Position numbers and translations under genes: made by a program. This document shows, one piece after another, positions 1-7,618 of a stretch of DNA of 15,901 bases (position 1 is its first letter; every line of letters begins with the position of its first letter). This stretch comes from an uncultured Ruficoccus sp. (GTDB taxonomy: Bacteria > Verrucomicrobiota > Verrucomicrobiia > Opitutales > Cerasicoccaceae), in contig OZ223507.1 in the NCBI GenBank assembly GCA_965140785.1, positions 1 to 15,901 of the forward strand, read 5' to 3'. The notes beneath the pieces are model-generated. The model was not told where the DNA came from and searched no databases. It saw only the letters and a list, made by a program, of their open reading frames with translations.

Positions 1-1182
1 TTCTGGCGCGGCCACAAACAGAAGTGGGGCCGCCTGCAGCCGGTGGTCGGCATCCTGATTTTTCTTGTCGTGATCGGGCTGTGGGGGATCCCCGCGCTGC
101 TGGAGACGCACGGGCTGTTCTGGGACAAGGGCATGGGCGAGCATGTGGTCGAGCGCGGCTTCAAGTCCTTCAACGACCGGATGACGCTGCCCATTTATTA
201 CCCGCTGACGGCCTTCATCAGCCTGATGCCCTGGGTGGCCTTTGCTTGGTGGGGAGCGGTCAAGATTCGCCGTAACTGGGACGGGCGTGCGGCCTTCCTG
301 CTGAGCTGGTTCGTCGCGCCGATGGTGATTTTTACCTTCTACGCGACGCAACTGCCGCACTACACGATGCCGGGCTTCGCGGCGTTTTTCCTGCTGCTGT
401 TCAGCCCCGCCCGCAACGCCTTCAAGACCGGCCGAGGCGAGAAAATCTTTTACTGGTGTGTGAATGGCCTGTGGCTGATCGTGCTGGCGGCGATGGCGTA
501 CCTGTTGTTCTCGCAGGACTTCGGCAAGGGCGTGGCCCCGACCGCCCCGCTGCGGCTGGTACTGGCCGGGGCGGCGGTGGTCTGGCTCGGCCTGCTCGGG
601 ATCGGCTTCAGCTTCCGCAAGCCCAGCATCGGGCAGATGATTTTCGCGCTCTTCGCCATCTGGCTGGGCACGCACGCCATGGCACTCGGCCTGCGGGCGA
701 CGGCCCCGGCTCCGACTTTGGTCAAGGCCTTTGAGGAGGCCCCGGCGGGCACGCAGTGGCGCGGGGTTATCTACCAGGAGCCGAGCCTCGTCTTCTACAG
801 CGGCGACCGGTACCTGCAGGATAACCTGCCGCCGGAGGAAGCGGACGCGCTGCCCACCGACGGCGAAGCAGACCGGCCCCCGTGGAAGTTCTACGGCAGC
901 GTGGACGAGATCATGACCGAGGAGGCATTCCGCGAGGAGGCCGCGCAACCCACCGGCACCATCGGCCTCGTGCGTGAATGGCGGCTGGAGGACTTCGCCA
1001 AGACCCTCATCGGCCAACCGCTGGAGGCGGGGAAAAATTACGAGGCCGACTGGGACAAGCTCGGCCTCGGCTCGGGCGACGCCGTTTATCTGCAAGGGGT
1101 CAACTTCGCCCGCATGTCCTGGGTCGAGCTGATTGTCATCCTGCCCAAGGATACGCCGGAAGGACCTTCCGTTTCGCAGTAG
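1..1182 (+). CDS. ArnT/PMT-like (GT39/GT83 superfamily) polytopic membrane glycosyltransferase, 5'-truncated by the window edge
   Basis: Frame 1 is open from base 1 (FWRGHKQKWGRLQPVVGIL...) to TAG at 1180-1182. It has many TM segments and the ArnT-like motifs 'LMPW', 'WFVAPMVIFTFYATQLPHYTMPGFAAFFLL' (compare xKLPHYILP) and 'EPSLVFY'. Confidence 0.75.
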   Translation, partial: FWRGHKQKWGRLQPVVGILIFLVVIGLWGIPALLETHGLFWDKGMGEHVVERGFKSFNDRMTLPIYYPLTAFISLMPWVAFAWWGAVKIRRNWDGRAAFLLSWFVAPMVIFTFYATQLPHYTMPGFAAFFLLLFSPARNAFKTGRGEKIFYWCVNGLWLIVLAAMAYLLFSQDFGKGVAPTAPLRLVLAGAAVVWLGLLGIGFSFRKPSIGQMIFALFAIWLGTHAMALGLRATAPAPTLVKAFEEAPAGTQWRGVIYQEPSLVFYSGDRYLQDNLPPEEADALPTDGEADRPPWKFYGSVDEIMTEEAFREEAAQPTGTIGLVREWRLEDFAKTLIGQPLEAGKNYEADWDKLGLGSGDAVYLQGVNFARMSWVELIVILPKDTPEGPSVSQ

Positions 1183-1192
1183 AGGAGCTGGG

Positions 1193-1349
1193 CACAGAGC
1201 ACACAGAGGAGGCACAGAGTCCACAGAGCGTCAGTGGATGCTGCTGCCGGAGATGCCTGTCTGCACATTAGACCTTTGGAGTTTCACAAAAGGAACCACT
1301 GCTTCCTGGTGTCCTCTGTGCACGCTGTGCCTCCTCTGTGTGCTCTGTG
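1193..1349. repeat. REP-like inverted repeat (36-bp arms, 34/36 complementary, 85-bp spacer) built from CACAGAG units; may also act as a bidirectional terminator
   Basis: Left arm 1193-1228 is cacagagcacacagaggaggcacagagtccacagag. The reverse complement of the right arm 1314-1349 is cacagagcacacagaggaggcacagcgtgcacagag. It fills the gap between two convergent genes. Confidence 0.85.
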
Positions 1350-1350
1350 G

Positions 1351-2055
1351 CTAAATATTACCCGGCTTTGCCCGGCCTGCCCGATAGGCGCTGCCGAAAA
1401 GCACCCCCCAGAACAGGCCCAGCCCGATGCCGCCGACGATGTCGGCTGGATGGTGGCGGTTGAGCTGCATGCGCGACCACGAGACGCTCCCGGCCAGCGG
1501 ATAGGCCACAAGCCCGGCGGGCGGGCAGATGAAGGTCACCGCTGTCGCGCTGGCGAAGGCCGTGGTCGTGTGGCCGGAGGGAAAGCTGTGGTAGCCGTGC
1601 TTAAACTGCATCAGGTACATGCCGTCGGGTACGCCTTCGCTCGGGCGGGGCCGTCCGATGGCCGGGCGCAGGACGTTGACCGCGATTCCGCCCCAGAGTG
1701 CGGCGAAGAAGACGGCCAGCATGATTCGCTGCCAGCGCACGCTTTTCAAGACCACCGCCAGCGGCAGCCCGATCGCGAAGACGATGACGTTGATTTTGAA
1801 AAAGTCTCCCCAATAGCTGAGGGTGCGGGCCGCCTTCTGCACCGGCGTGAACTCCCACGGGTCGGTCGTGGTGATGTACTCGGGCTGGCGGATGGCCTCC
1901 AGCCAGGCCTTGTCGTGCGGCAGCATCAGGGCCACCGTGCCGAGGATGGCGATCAGCCCGAGCAGCAGCCACGGCCAGCGGCGCTTGAAGGTTTGCCAGG
2001 CCCCGGCGTGGAGTTCGCGGGTCAGCAGCCACAGTTGCTTGAAGATAGGCTTCAT
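1351..2055 (-). CDS. PAP2-family membrane phosphatase (undecaprenyl-PP/lipid A/phosphatidylglycerophosphate phosphatase-like), 234 aa
   Basis: Probable start ATG at 2055 (MKPIFKQLW...), overlapping the upstream stop (ATGA). PAP2 motifs: C1 RPAIGRPRP, C2 SFPSGH, C3 SRMQLNRHHPADI. The longer 475-aa ORF extension overlaps the CPBP gene. Confidence 0.88.
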   Translation of the reverse strand: MKPIFKQLWLLTRELHAGAWQTFKRRWPWLLLGLIAILGTVALMLPHDKAWLEAIRQPEYITTTDPWEFTPVQKAARTLSYWGDFFKINVIVFAIGLPLAVVLKSVRWQRIMLAVFFAALWGGIAVNVLRPAIGRPRPSEGVPDGMYLMQFKHGYHSFPSGHTTTAFASATAVTFICPPAGLVAYPLAGSVSWSRMQLNRHHPADIVGGIGLGLFWGVLFGSAYRAGRAKPGNI

Positions 2056-3041
2056 GAAGGAGGGAGTGCCGAGGGGGCTTGTCGGGGCGACGGCTTGGGG
2101 GAAAGGAAAGCCCAGGCGCACAGCCCGGCCAGCAGCAACAGTGGCAACAGGCCGTCGAGCATCGTCTGCGAGCCCCACAGCCACTGGCTCTCCCCGGCGG
2201 GAACATGGATAAACTTTGTGTACACGACGCGGAAGCAAACCCACCCGGCATGCACGCCCACACAGGGCCAGAGCGTGCCGCTGCGCAGGAAGAGCAGGTT
2301 CAGAAACATCCCGGCGGCGAGGAGATTGAAAAACTTCCACCACTCCGGCTCCAGAACGACCCCCGCGGCCACCCGCCAGCACACGTCGAAGCCGCTCCAC
2401 CAGTGCACCGCCTGTCCCGGTGGCCAGGAAACATGCTTGAAGTGAACGTAGGCGAAAAACAGCGCCGCCAGCGCCACCGCCGGGCCAGGCCGCAGAGCGG
2501 TGTAAAAGAGCCGCAGGATCAGCCCGCGGAAGAGCATTTCCTCCAGCAGGGCAACGACCAGTCCCGTCAGCAGGCCCAGAACGAGCTTTTCTCCCAGGTA
2601 GCCGACGCTGAACTGGTCGCTTACGTTCACGCCGACCGCCGCCCACTGGATCAGTGCGACCGCCCCGAGCATGAGCATGCCCGCCAGCCACCACTTGAGC
2701 AACGGCCCGCCCGCGTGCCGGGGATCGCGGTAGCCGAGACGGCGAAAGGAAAACAGCCCCGTCCAGCGGAACAGCCACGGCAGGCAGAGCACGACCGGGA
2801 GCCAGCGCACCCGGTCGAAGTAGCGCGGGAAGTCCTCCGGCCCCATCCGTGAGCTCAGCCAGCCGGGGATGGTCTCCGGCGAGGCGGAGGCCCAGGCCTT
2901 TACCCCGAAGTAGAGGAGCGGGCTGAATACCGCCGCGAACACCATGGCCCCGAAGAAAATTACCGCCAGAGCCGCGACTCCCTTCCAGGAAAAACGATCC
3001 TCGCTCAGACCGAAAAGTAGATAGGGGCGTTCGCGCTTCAT
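2052..3041 (-). CDS. CPBP family intramembrane glutamic endopeptidase (type II CAAX protease/Abi), about 329 aa
   Basis: Probable start ATG at 3041 (MKRERPYLLFG). Motifs EEMLFRG, FFAYVH and GVHAGW, with multiple TM helices. Confidence 0.88.
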   Translation of the reverse strand: MKRERPYLLFGLSEDRFSWKGVAALAVIFFGAMVFAAVFSPLLYFGVKAWASASPETIPGWLSSRMGPEDFPRYFDRVRWLPVVLCLPWLFRWTGLFSFRRLGYRDPRHAGGPLLKWWLAGMLMLGAVALIQWAAVGVNVSDQFSVGYLGEKLVLGLLTGLVVALLEEMLFRGLILRLFYTALRPGPAVALAALFFAYVHFKHVSWPPGQAVHWWSGFDVCWRVAAGVVLEPEWWKFFNLLAAGMFLNLLFLRSGTLWPCVGVHAGWVCFRVVYTKFIHVPAGESQWLWGSQTMLDGLLPLLLLAGLCAWAFLSPKPSPRQAPSALPPS

Positions 3042-3251
3042 GGGATCAATAGACGGAGCTGGCCCGCCGGAAAGCGCCCAGTGTGGGATTTTGCTCCCGG
3101 AGTGCAACAGCAAGTTGCACCGAGGTAAAACCGGATTCCCGCTGTTGCGCATCAGGGCGGTATTTCTCGGGGGCGTGCTCGTGGGATTGGGGGTGGCACG
3201 CTGTGCCGTAGGGGCGGAGTCCCTCATTGCCTCCGGAGGCACTCCGGCTGG

Positions 3252-3280
3252 TTGACATCCCGCGCTGGCACAATTAGGGT
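3252..3280 (+). promoter_or_regulatory. Sigma70-type promoter for the esterase gene
   Basis: Perfect TTGACA (3252-3257), 17-nt spacer, TAGGGT (3275-3280; TAnnnT), 14 nt before ATG 3295. Confidence 0.6.
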
Positions 3281-3294
3281 GCCCCCGACTAACC

Positions 3295-4092
3295 ATGAAA
3301 CTCGCATACCGCTACTTCGGGGGGGAAGGGAGTGCGCCGCTGGTCATCCTGCATGGGCTGCTCGGTTCTTCCCGCAACTGGATCACGATCGGCAAGGCCC
3401 TGGCCGCTCACTACGAGGTGTTTGCCCTCGACCTGCGCAACCACGGCGACTCGCCGCACGACTCGGCCTCGGGCTTCGACGAGATGGCCGCGGATGTGGA
3501 GACCTTCATGCAGCAGCAGGGGTTCGAGCACGCGCACCTGCTCGGGCACAGCCTCGGCGGCAAGGTCGCCATGCACCTGGCGGTGAACAATCCCGCCCGT
3601 GTGGACAGCCTGACGGTGGTGGACATCGCCCCCAAGGCCTACCCGCCGTACCACATCGACGACTTCGAGGGCATGATGGCGCTCAACCTCAACGCGCTCA
3701 CCACCCGCAAGGAGGCCGACACTTTTCTCAAGCGCTCCGTACCGGACTTCGGCCAGCGGCAGTTCCTCTTAACCAACCTCAAGCGCGACGAAAACGGTAA
3801 GTTCGTCTGGGGCGTGAATCTGAAAACCCTGTATTGGAATCTCGATACGCTGCGGCAGAATTCTCTGCCCGCAGGCGAAACCTACGACGGCCCGTGCCTG
3901 TTCATCCTCGGAGAGGACTCCCGCTTCGTGCGCCTGACGGATCACCCAAAGATTCGCGAATACTTCCCCAAGGCTAATATCCGCACGATAGCCGAGGCCG
4001 GGCACAACCCCCACATCGACCAGCCCCAGGCCTTTCTGGCGATTTTGGAAGACTTCGCCAAGGCACGCGATAAGGCAGCGGCAGGGGTCTGA
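3295..4092 (+). CDS. ybfF: Alpha/beta hydrolase, YbfF/ABHD11-like esterase
   Basis: HGLLGSSRNW, DLRNHGDSPH, nucleophile elbow GHSLGG, VDIAP and catalytic His in AGHNPH are all typical of YbfF. Confidence 0.85.
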   Translation: MKLAYRYFGGEGSAPLVILHGLLGSSRNWITIGKALAAHYEVFALDLRNHGDSPHDSASGFDEMAADVETFMQQQGFEHAHLLGHSLGGKVAMHLAVNNPARVDSLTVVDIAPKAYPPYHIDDFEGMMALNLNALTTRKEADTFLKRSVPDFGQRQFLLTNLKRDENGKFVWGVNLKTLYWNLDTLRQNSLPAGETYDGPCLFILGEDSRFVRLTDHPKIREYFPKANIRTIAEAGHNPHIDQPQAFLAILEDFAKARDKAAAGV

Positions 4093-4112
4093 TTGACGCT
4101 GATTCTTTACCG

Positions 4113-4173
4113 TGCCCCATGCCACCACCTCAGCGGTGCCATCAGTGATGCGCCGCTATGTATCACAGGGGCA
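4113..4173. terminator. GC-rich hairpin between convergent ybfF and holB; possible terminator without a U-tract
   Basis: Inner stem agcggtg-c-catc(agt)gatg-cgccgct at 4132-4157. Outer tgcccc (4113-4118) can pair with ggggca (4168-4173). Confidence 0.35.
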
Positions 4174-4176
4174 GGA

Positions 4177-5109
4177 TTATGACCTGCTCGCCCAGAGGCG
4201 GAGGGATTGCAGGAGAAAGGCCTCCATGGCGGCGGACTCGTTGAAATTGAGTTCGAGCAGGCCGGCGGATTTCTCCAGCGCGGTGACGCACTGGGCGAGC
4301 TTGATCGAGGGGATCTCGTCGGGCTTGCGCAGGGCGAAGTGGCGGGTCTGGGTCTCGATCTCGGCCAGCAGGCGCGCGCGCAGACCCTTGAAGTAACCGC
4401 TCTCCAGGGCGGTGACCTGCTCATCGGTCAGGCCATCGGGGAGGGTGGACTTGTACTGCTTCCAGGCTTCGGCGGCCATGGTCTGTAAAATCCCGCTGAA
4501 GCGCGTGACCAGCCCGTAAACGGCGAGCACGCACTCGGCGGCGCCCCCGCGGGCGGCATGGCCGGAGTTGACCATGTCGAGCCACTCGGTGTAGTCGGCC
4601 AGCCACTGCTGCCAGTCCGGCTCGCTCACGCGGTCGAGTTCCAGGGGCAGGCGCAGGTTGACGCAGCGGCTGCGGATGGTCGGCAGCAGGTCGTAGGGGC
4701 GGGTCGAGATGAGAAAGATCGTAGTGTCGGCGGGCGGCTCCTCCAGCGTCTTGAGGAAGGCGTTGGCTGCGGCGGTGTTCATCCGGTCGGCCTCGTAAAT
4801 GGCGGCGACCTTGGCTCCGCCCTGATTGGAGGAGTGCTGGATGTCGCGGATCATCGCGCGGGTGCCCTCGGCGTTGATCTGGCGCATCTTATTGGCCGGG
4901 CGGATGCTGAAAAAGTCCGGGTGCCGCTCCGGGTGCTCGCTCTTTAACAGCTCCCCGGCAAAGGCCAGGCAGATCGCTTCCAGGCCCTCCAGCGAAGCGC
5001 CTTGCAGGAGGATGGCGTGGGGCAGGCGTCCGCGTTCGAGCGACTGGCGCAGGACTCCGGCCGGGCGGCTGTTGGCCAGTTCGGGCGGAAGGTCGGCGAG
5101 GGTGCTCAT
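4177..5109 (-). CDS. holB: DNA polymerase III clamp-loader subunit delta'
   Basis: GRLPHAILL, HPDF, 'IYEADRMNTAAANAFLKTLEEPP' and 'LLPTIRSRC' motifs. Lies directly downstream of tmk with an ATGA overlap (conserved tmk-holB synteny). Confidence 0.9.
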   Translation of the reverse strand: MSTLADLPPELANSRPAGVLRQSLERGRLPHAILLQGASLEGLEAICLAFAGELLKSEHPERHPDFFSIRPANKMRQINAEGTRAMIRDIQHSSNQGGAKVAAIYEADRMNTAAANAFLKTLEEPPADTTIFLISTRPYDLLPTIRSRCVNLRLPLELDRVSEPDWQQWLADYTEWLDMVNSGHAARGGAAECVLAVYGLVTRFSGILQTMAAEAWKQYKSTLPDGLTDEQVTALESGYFKGLRARLLAEIETQTRHFALRKPDEIPSIKLAQCVTALEKSAGLLELNFNESAAMEAFLLQSLRLWASRS

Positions 5110-5738
5110 GCGGGAAACTTTTGGTCGATGACGGTCTGGATGGCGGCGGCGACGGCGTCCACGCTGCGGGTGCCGTCGATGACGGCGAAGCGTTGCGGCT
5201 CGGCCCCGGCCAGGTCAAGAAAACCCTGACGCACGGCCTGGTAGAAGGCAAGTTCCTCCTGTTCCATGCGGTCGGGGGCCTCGCAGGTGCGCTTCCAGGC
5301 GCGCTGGAGGCCGACCTCGGCAGGGAGGTCCAGCACGAGCGTCAGGTCCGGCAGGCAGCCGTCCACGGCAAAGGCGTTGAGCGCGGCCACCGGGTCGGCG
5401 GGCAGCTTGCGGGCCGCCCCCTGATAAACGGTAGTCGAGTCCAGAAAACGGTCGCACAGGACGGTCTTGCCCGCGGCGAGGGCGGGGCGGATGACCGCGC
5501 GCACGTGCTGGGCGCGGCTGGCGGCGAAGAGCAACACCTCGGCCTCCGGGCACATGCCCTGGCCGGAATCGGCGTGCTTGAGCAGGTGCCGGATGTCTTC
5601 GCCCAGCGGAGTGCCGCCGGGCTCACGCGTCACCACGACCTCCGCACCGTTGGCCCGGAGGCGCTCGGCCAGGCGGGCGAGCTGGGTCGATTTACCGCAG
5701 CCCTCCGTGCCCTCGAAGGTGATGAACCGGCCCTTCAC
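5106..5738 (-). CDS. tmk: Thymidylate (dTMP) kinase
   Basis: GTG start. FITFEGTEGCGKSTQ P-loop, TREPGGT, LLFAASRAQH, CDRFLDSTTVYQG, PDLTLVLD. Confidence 0.97.
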   Translation of the reverse strand: MKGRFITFEGTEGCGKSTQLARLAERLRANGAEVVVTREPGGTPLGEDIRHLLKHADSGQGMCPEAEVLLFAASRAQHVRAVIRPALAAGKTVLCDRFLDSTTVYQGAARKLPADPVAALNAFAVDGCLPDLTLVLDLPAEVGLQRAWKRTCEAPDRMEQEELAFYQAVRQGFLDLAGAEPQRFAVIDGTRSVDAVAAAIQTVIDQKFPA

Positions 5739-5740
5739 GC

Positions 5741-6862
5741 TTACTCGTGACTGTCCCAGCCGTGGATGAAGTTCGCAATGTCGCCGAGGCTCGGGCTCTT
5801 GGCGGTGCGCACGTACGAGCCTGAGAAGCTGACCGCGACGGTCAGGCAGGCCTCCGGGGAGAGCCCGATCACCTGCCCGACGGCGAACCCGGCATTGAAG
5901 TGGTCGCCGGCCCCGGTGGTGATTTTCGGGTGCTCGCAGTAGGGGCCCTCGATGAAGTAAACCCCGTCGCGCGTCGAGCAGGCGGCGCAGCGGGTGGGGT
6001 GGACGACCACGCAGGAAATGTCCAGGTCCTGGCGGATGGTCTGGGCCATGCGTTTGAGGTCGGCCTCGTCGGTGCCGACCTTGGAGTGGCCGAGCACCTT
6101 GAAAATCTGCTGCGCCTCGCTCAGGTTGAGCCCGAGGGTAACGGCGCCATGAGCCTGGTAGCGGCTGATGATTTTCACGACGGTGCGGATGTCGCCTTCG
6201 GAGCGCTTGGCCGGGTCGGCCAGGTCGAAAAAGAAGCGGCGGTTCTCATGCGGGGGCAGGGTCGGGAAGACCTTGTCCAGCATGTCGTTAAAGGCATTGG
6301 TCAGGTAGGGCAGCATGGTCCAGTTGACCATGGCGATGAGGTCGGCGCGGGAGAACATGTCCAGCAGCGCGCCTTCGCCCATGGCCTCGACCATGGCCGG
6401 ATAGGTGACCTCTTCGAGCGCGGCCATGTTGCCGAGCATGATCTTGCCGTCCTTGAACTCGGCGGCGGTGGTCACGCCGGGGTCGGTGACGGAGACGGCG
6501 TTGGTCTTATTCGCGAATTCCTCGAAAACCGGGTGAATGACCTGCTTGCCCAGGGCACCGATGTAGCGGGTTTTAAAACCGGCGGAGAGGATGGCGTTGG
6601 CCATGATGGGGCCGTTCCCGCCCAGCTTTTCCAACTCCTGGTACATCTCGATGTTGGCGCTCTTGCCAGCGGCGGCGGAGATGCGACTGCCAAACTCCGC
6701 GATGGTCTCAATGGCCTGGTAGTCATCGCCGGGGCCGAAACGCTGGTCCACCGGGTGAACGATCTTGTCCACAAAGCCGTCGAAACCGACAACGGCATTG
6801 CGTGAGGAGGCCGACGAGGCCTTCTCGGCCAGTTCCTTCAGGGTCTTTTCGAGGTAATCCAT
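5741..6862 (-). CDS. PfkB/ribokinase-family carbohydrate kinase, substrate unknown
   Basis: GGNGPIMANA N-terminal motif and C-terminal TTGAGDHFNAGF signature. Ends 2 nt before the tmk start. Confidence 0.8.
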   Translation of the reverse strand: MDYLEKTLKELAEKASSASSRNAVVGFDGFVDKIVHPVDQRFGPGDDYQAIETIAEFGSRISAAAGKSANIEMYQELEKLGGNGPIMANAILSAGFKTRYIGALGKQVIHPVFEEFANKTNAVSVTDPGVTTAAEFKDGKIMLGNMAALEEVTYPAMVEAMGEGALLDMFSRADLIAMVNWTMLPYLTNAFNDMLDKVFPTLPPHENRRFFFDLADPAKRSEGDIRTVVKIISRYQAHGAVTLGLNLSEAQQIFKVLGHSKVGTDEADLKRMAQTIRQDLDISCVVVHPTRCAACSTRDGVYFIEGPYCEHPKITTGAGDHFNAGFAVGQVIGLSPEACLTVAVSFSGSYVRTAKSPSLGDIANFIHGWDSHE

Positions 6863-6877
6863 AATGCTGAAGGAGCG

Positions 6878-6906
6878 AAATTGGGCAACTGGCCGGCCAA
6901 AAGCAA
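6878..6906 (-). promoter_or_regulatory. Possible sigma70 promoter for the pfkB-tmk-holB operon
   Basis: Minus strand TTGCTT (6906-6901), 17 nt, CAATTT (6883-6878), 15 nt upstream of ATG 6862. Weak match. Confidence 0.3.
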
Positions 6907-7012
6907 GAATTTCGCGCCTCCGGAGCGAAATCTTTAGCCCGGCCCATTCAGGCGATGAGACGCTTATCGGGCAAGCTTCTGCTTTCCGCCCAAGCGGAAG
7001 CAGAGCCGGGAC

Positions 7013-7618
7013 TCAAGTGGCGGTCCGGCATCTCTTCCGGCATACAAGCCACCCAAGCAGGCCCAATCCGCCAATACAGCCCCAGGTATTGGGCTCGGGC
7101 ACGTTTGCCACCGTGTAGGTCACCAGCGGTTGGCTGTCCTTGACGAGAATGACGCCGCTGGTATTGAGCGTCAGCCCGAGATCATCGAGGCTGTTATTCA
7201 GCTCGATCGATCCAGTAATCGGAGTGGTCCCGGTAAAATTGCCCGGACCATAAATTACACACCCATCTTCGCCCTGGATGATAAAGCCACCTGCCGGATT
7301 GGTCATGGAGGCGGGGATAAAATTAATCGGTGCGGAAATGCTCCAGGGGATATCATAGCTGTCCACGGTCAAGAATGCATAACCGGGAGTGGGATGGGCC
7401 TGGATGCTGCAACCGTAGTTAACCAAAGAAACAACGGGGTTAGGTCCGGCGGATGTTTCGTCCGCGTCATAACCCCAGGTACCGCTGAATGTCAGGCGGA
7501 GGTAGTTCTCCCCCAGTTGGGTGATGGCCAGGTTGACGGCGGCGGTGGAGGGGGAGGCCGGTAAACTGAGAAAGACGGCAACCAGCAAGGAGGTCATCAG
7601 GGTTTTAGTATATTTCAT
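7013..7618 (-). CDS. PEP-CTERM sorting-domain surface protein (201 aa)
   Basis: N-terminal signal peptide (MKYTKTLMTSLLVAVFLSLPASPSTA-A) and a Ser/Thr/Gly/Asn-rich body. C-terminal VPEP, hydrophobic stretch and basic tail (VPEPNTWGCIGGLGLLGWLVCRKRCR). Confidence 0.88.
   Translation of the reverse strand: MKYTKTLMTSLLVAVFLSLPASPSTAAVNLAITQLGENYLRLTFSGTWGYDADETSAGPNPVVSLVNYGCSIQAHPTPGYAFLTVDSYDIPWSISAPINFIPASMTNPAGGFIIQGEDGCVIYGPGNFTGTTPITGSIELNNSLDDLGLTLNTSGVILVKDSQPLVTYTVANVPEPNTWGCIGGLGLLGWLVCRKRCRTAT

Noticed and set aside
1193..1349. CACAGAG repeats as a CRISPR array
   Set aside because: Only two arms in inverted orientation, no repeat-spacer periodicity and no cas genes.
1234..2852. Long + strand ORFs (1234-2445, 2079-2852) and the 1351-2778 N-terminal extension
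   Set aside because: They are antisense or out-of-frame shadows of the PAP2 and CPBP genes in GC-rich DNA, with no motifs.
5121..6805. + strand ORFs of 209 and 301 aa
   Set aside because: Antisense mirror frames of tmk and the PfkB kinase.
2052..7618. CPBP protease as the sorting enzyme for the PEP-CTERM protein
   Set aside because: PEP-CTERM is processed by exosortases. The genes are 4 kb apart in different transcription units, and nothing in the sequence links them.
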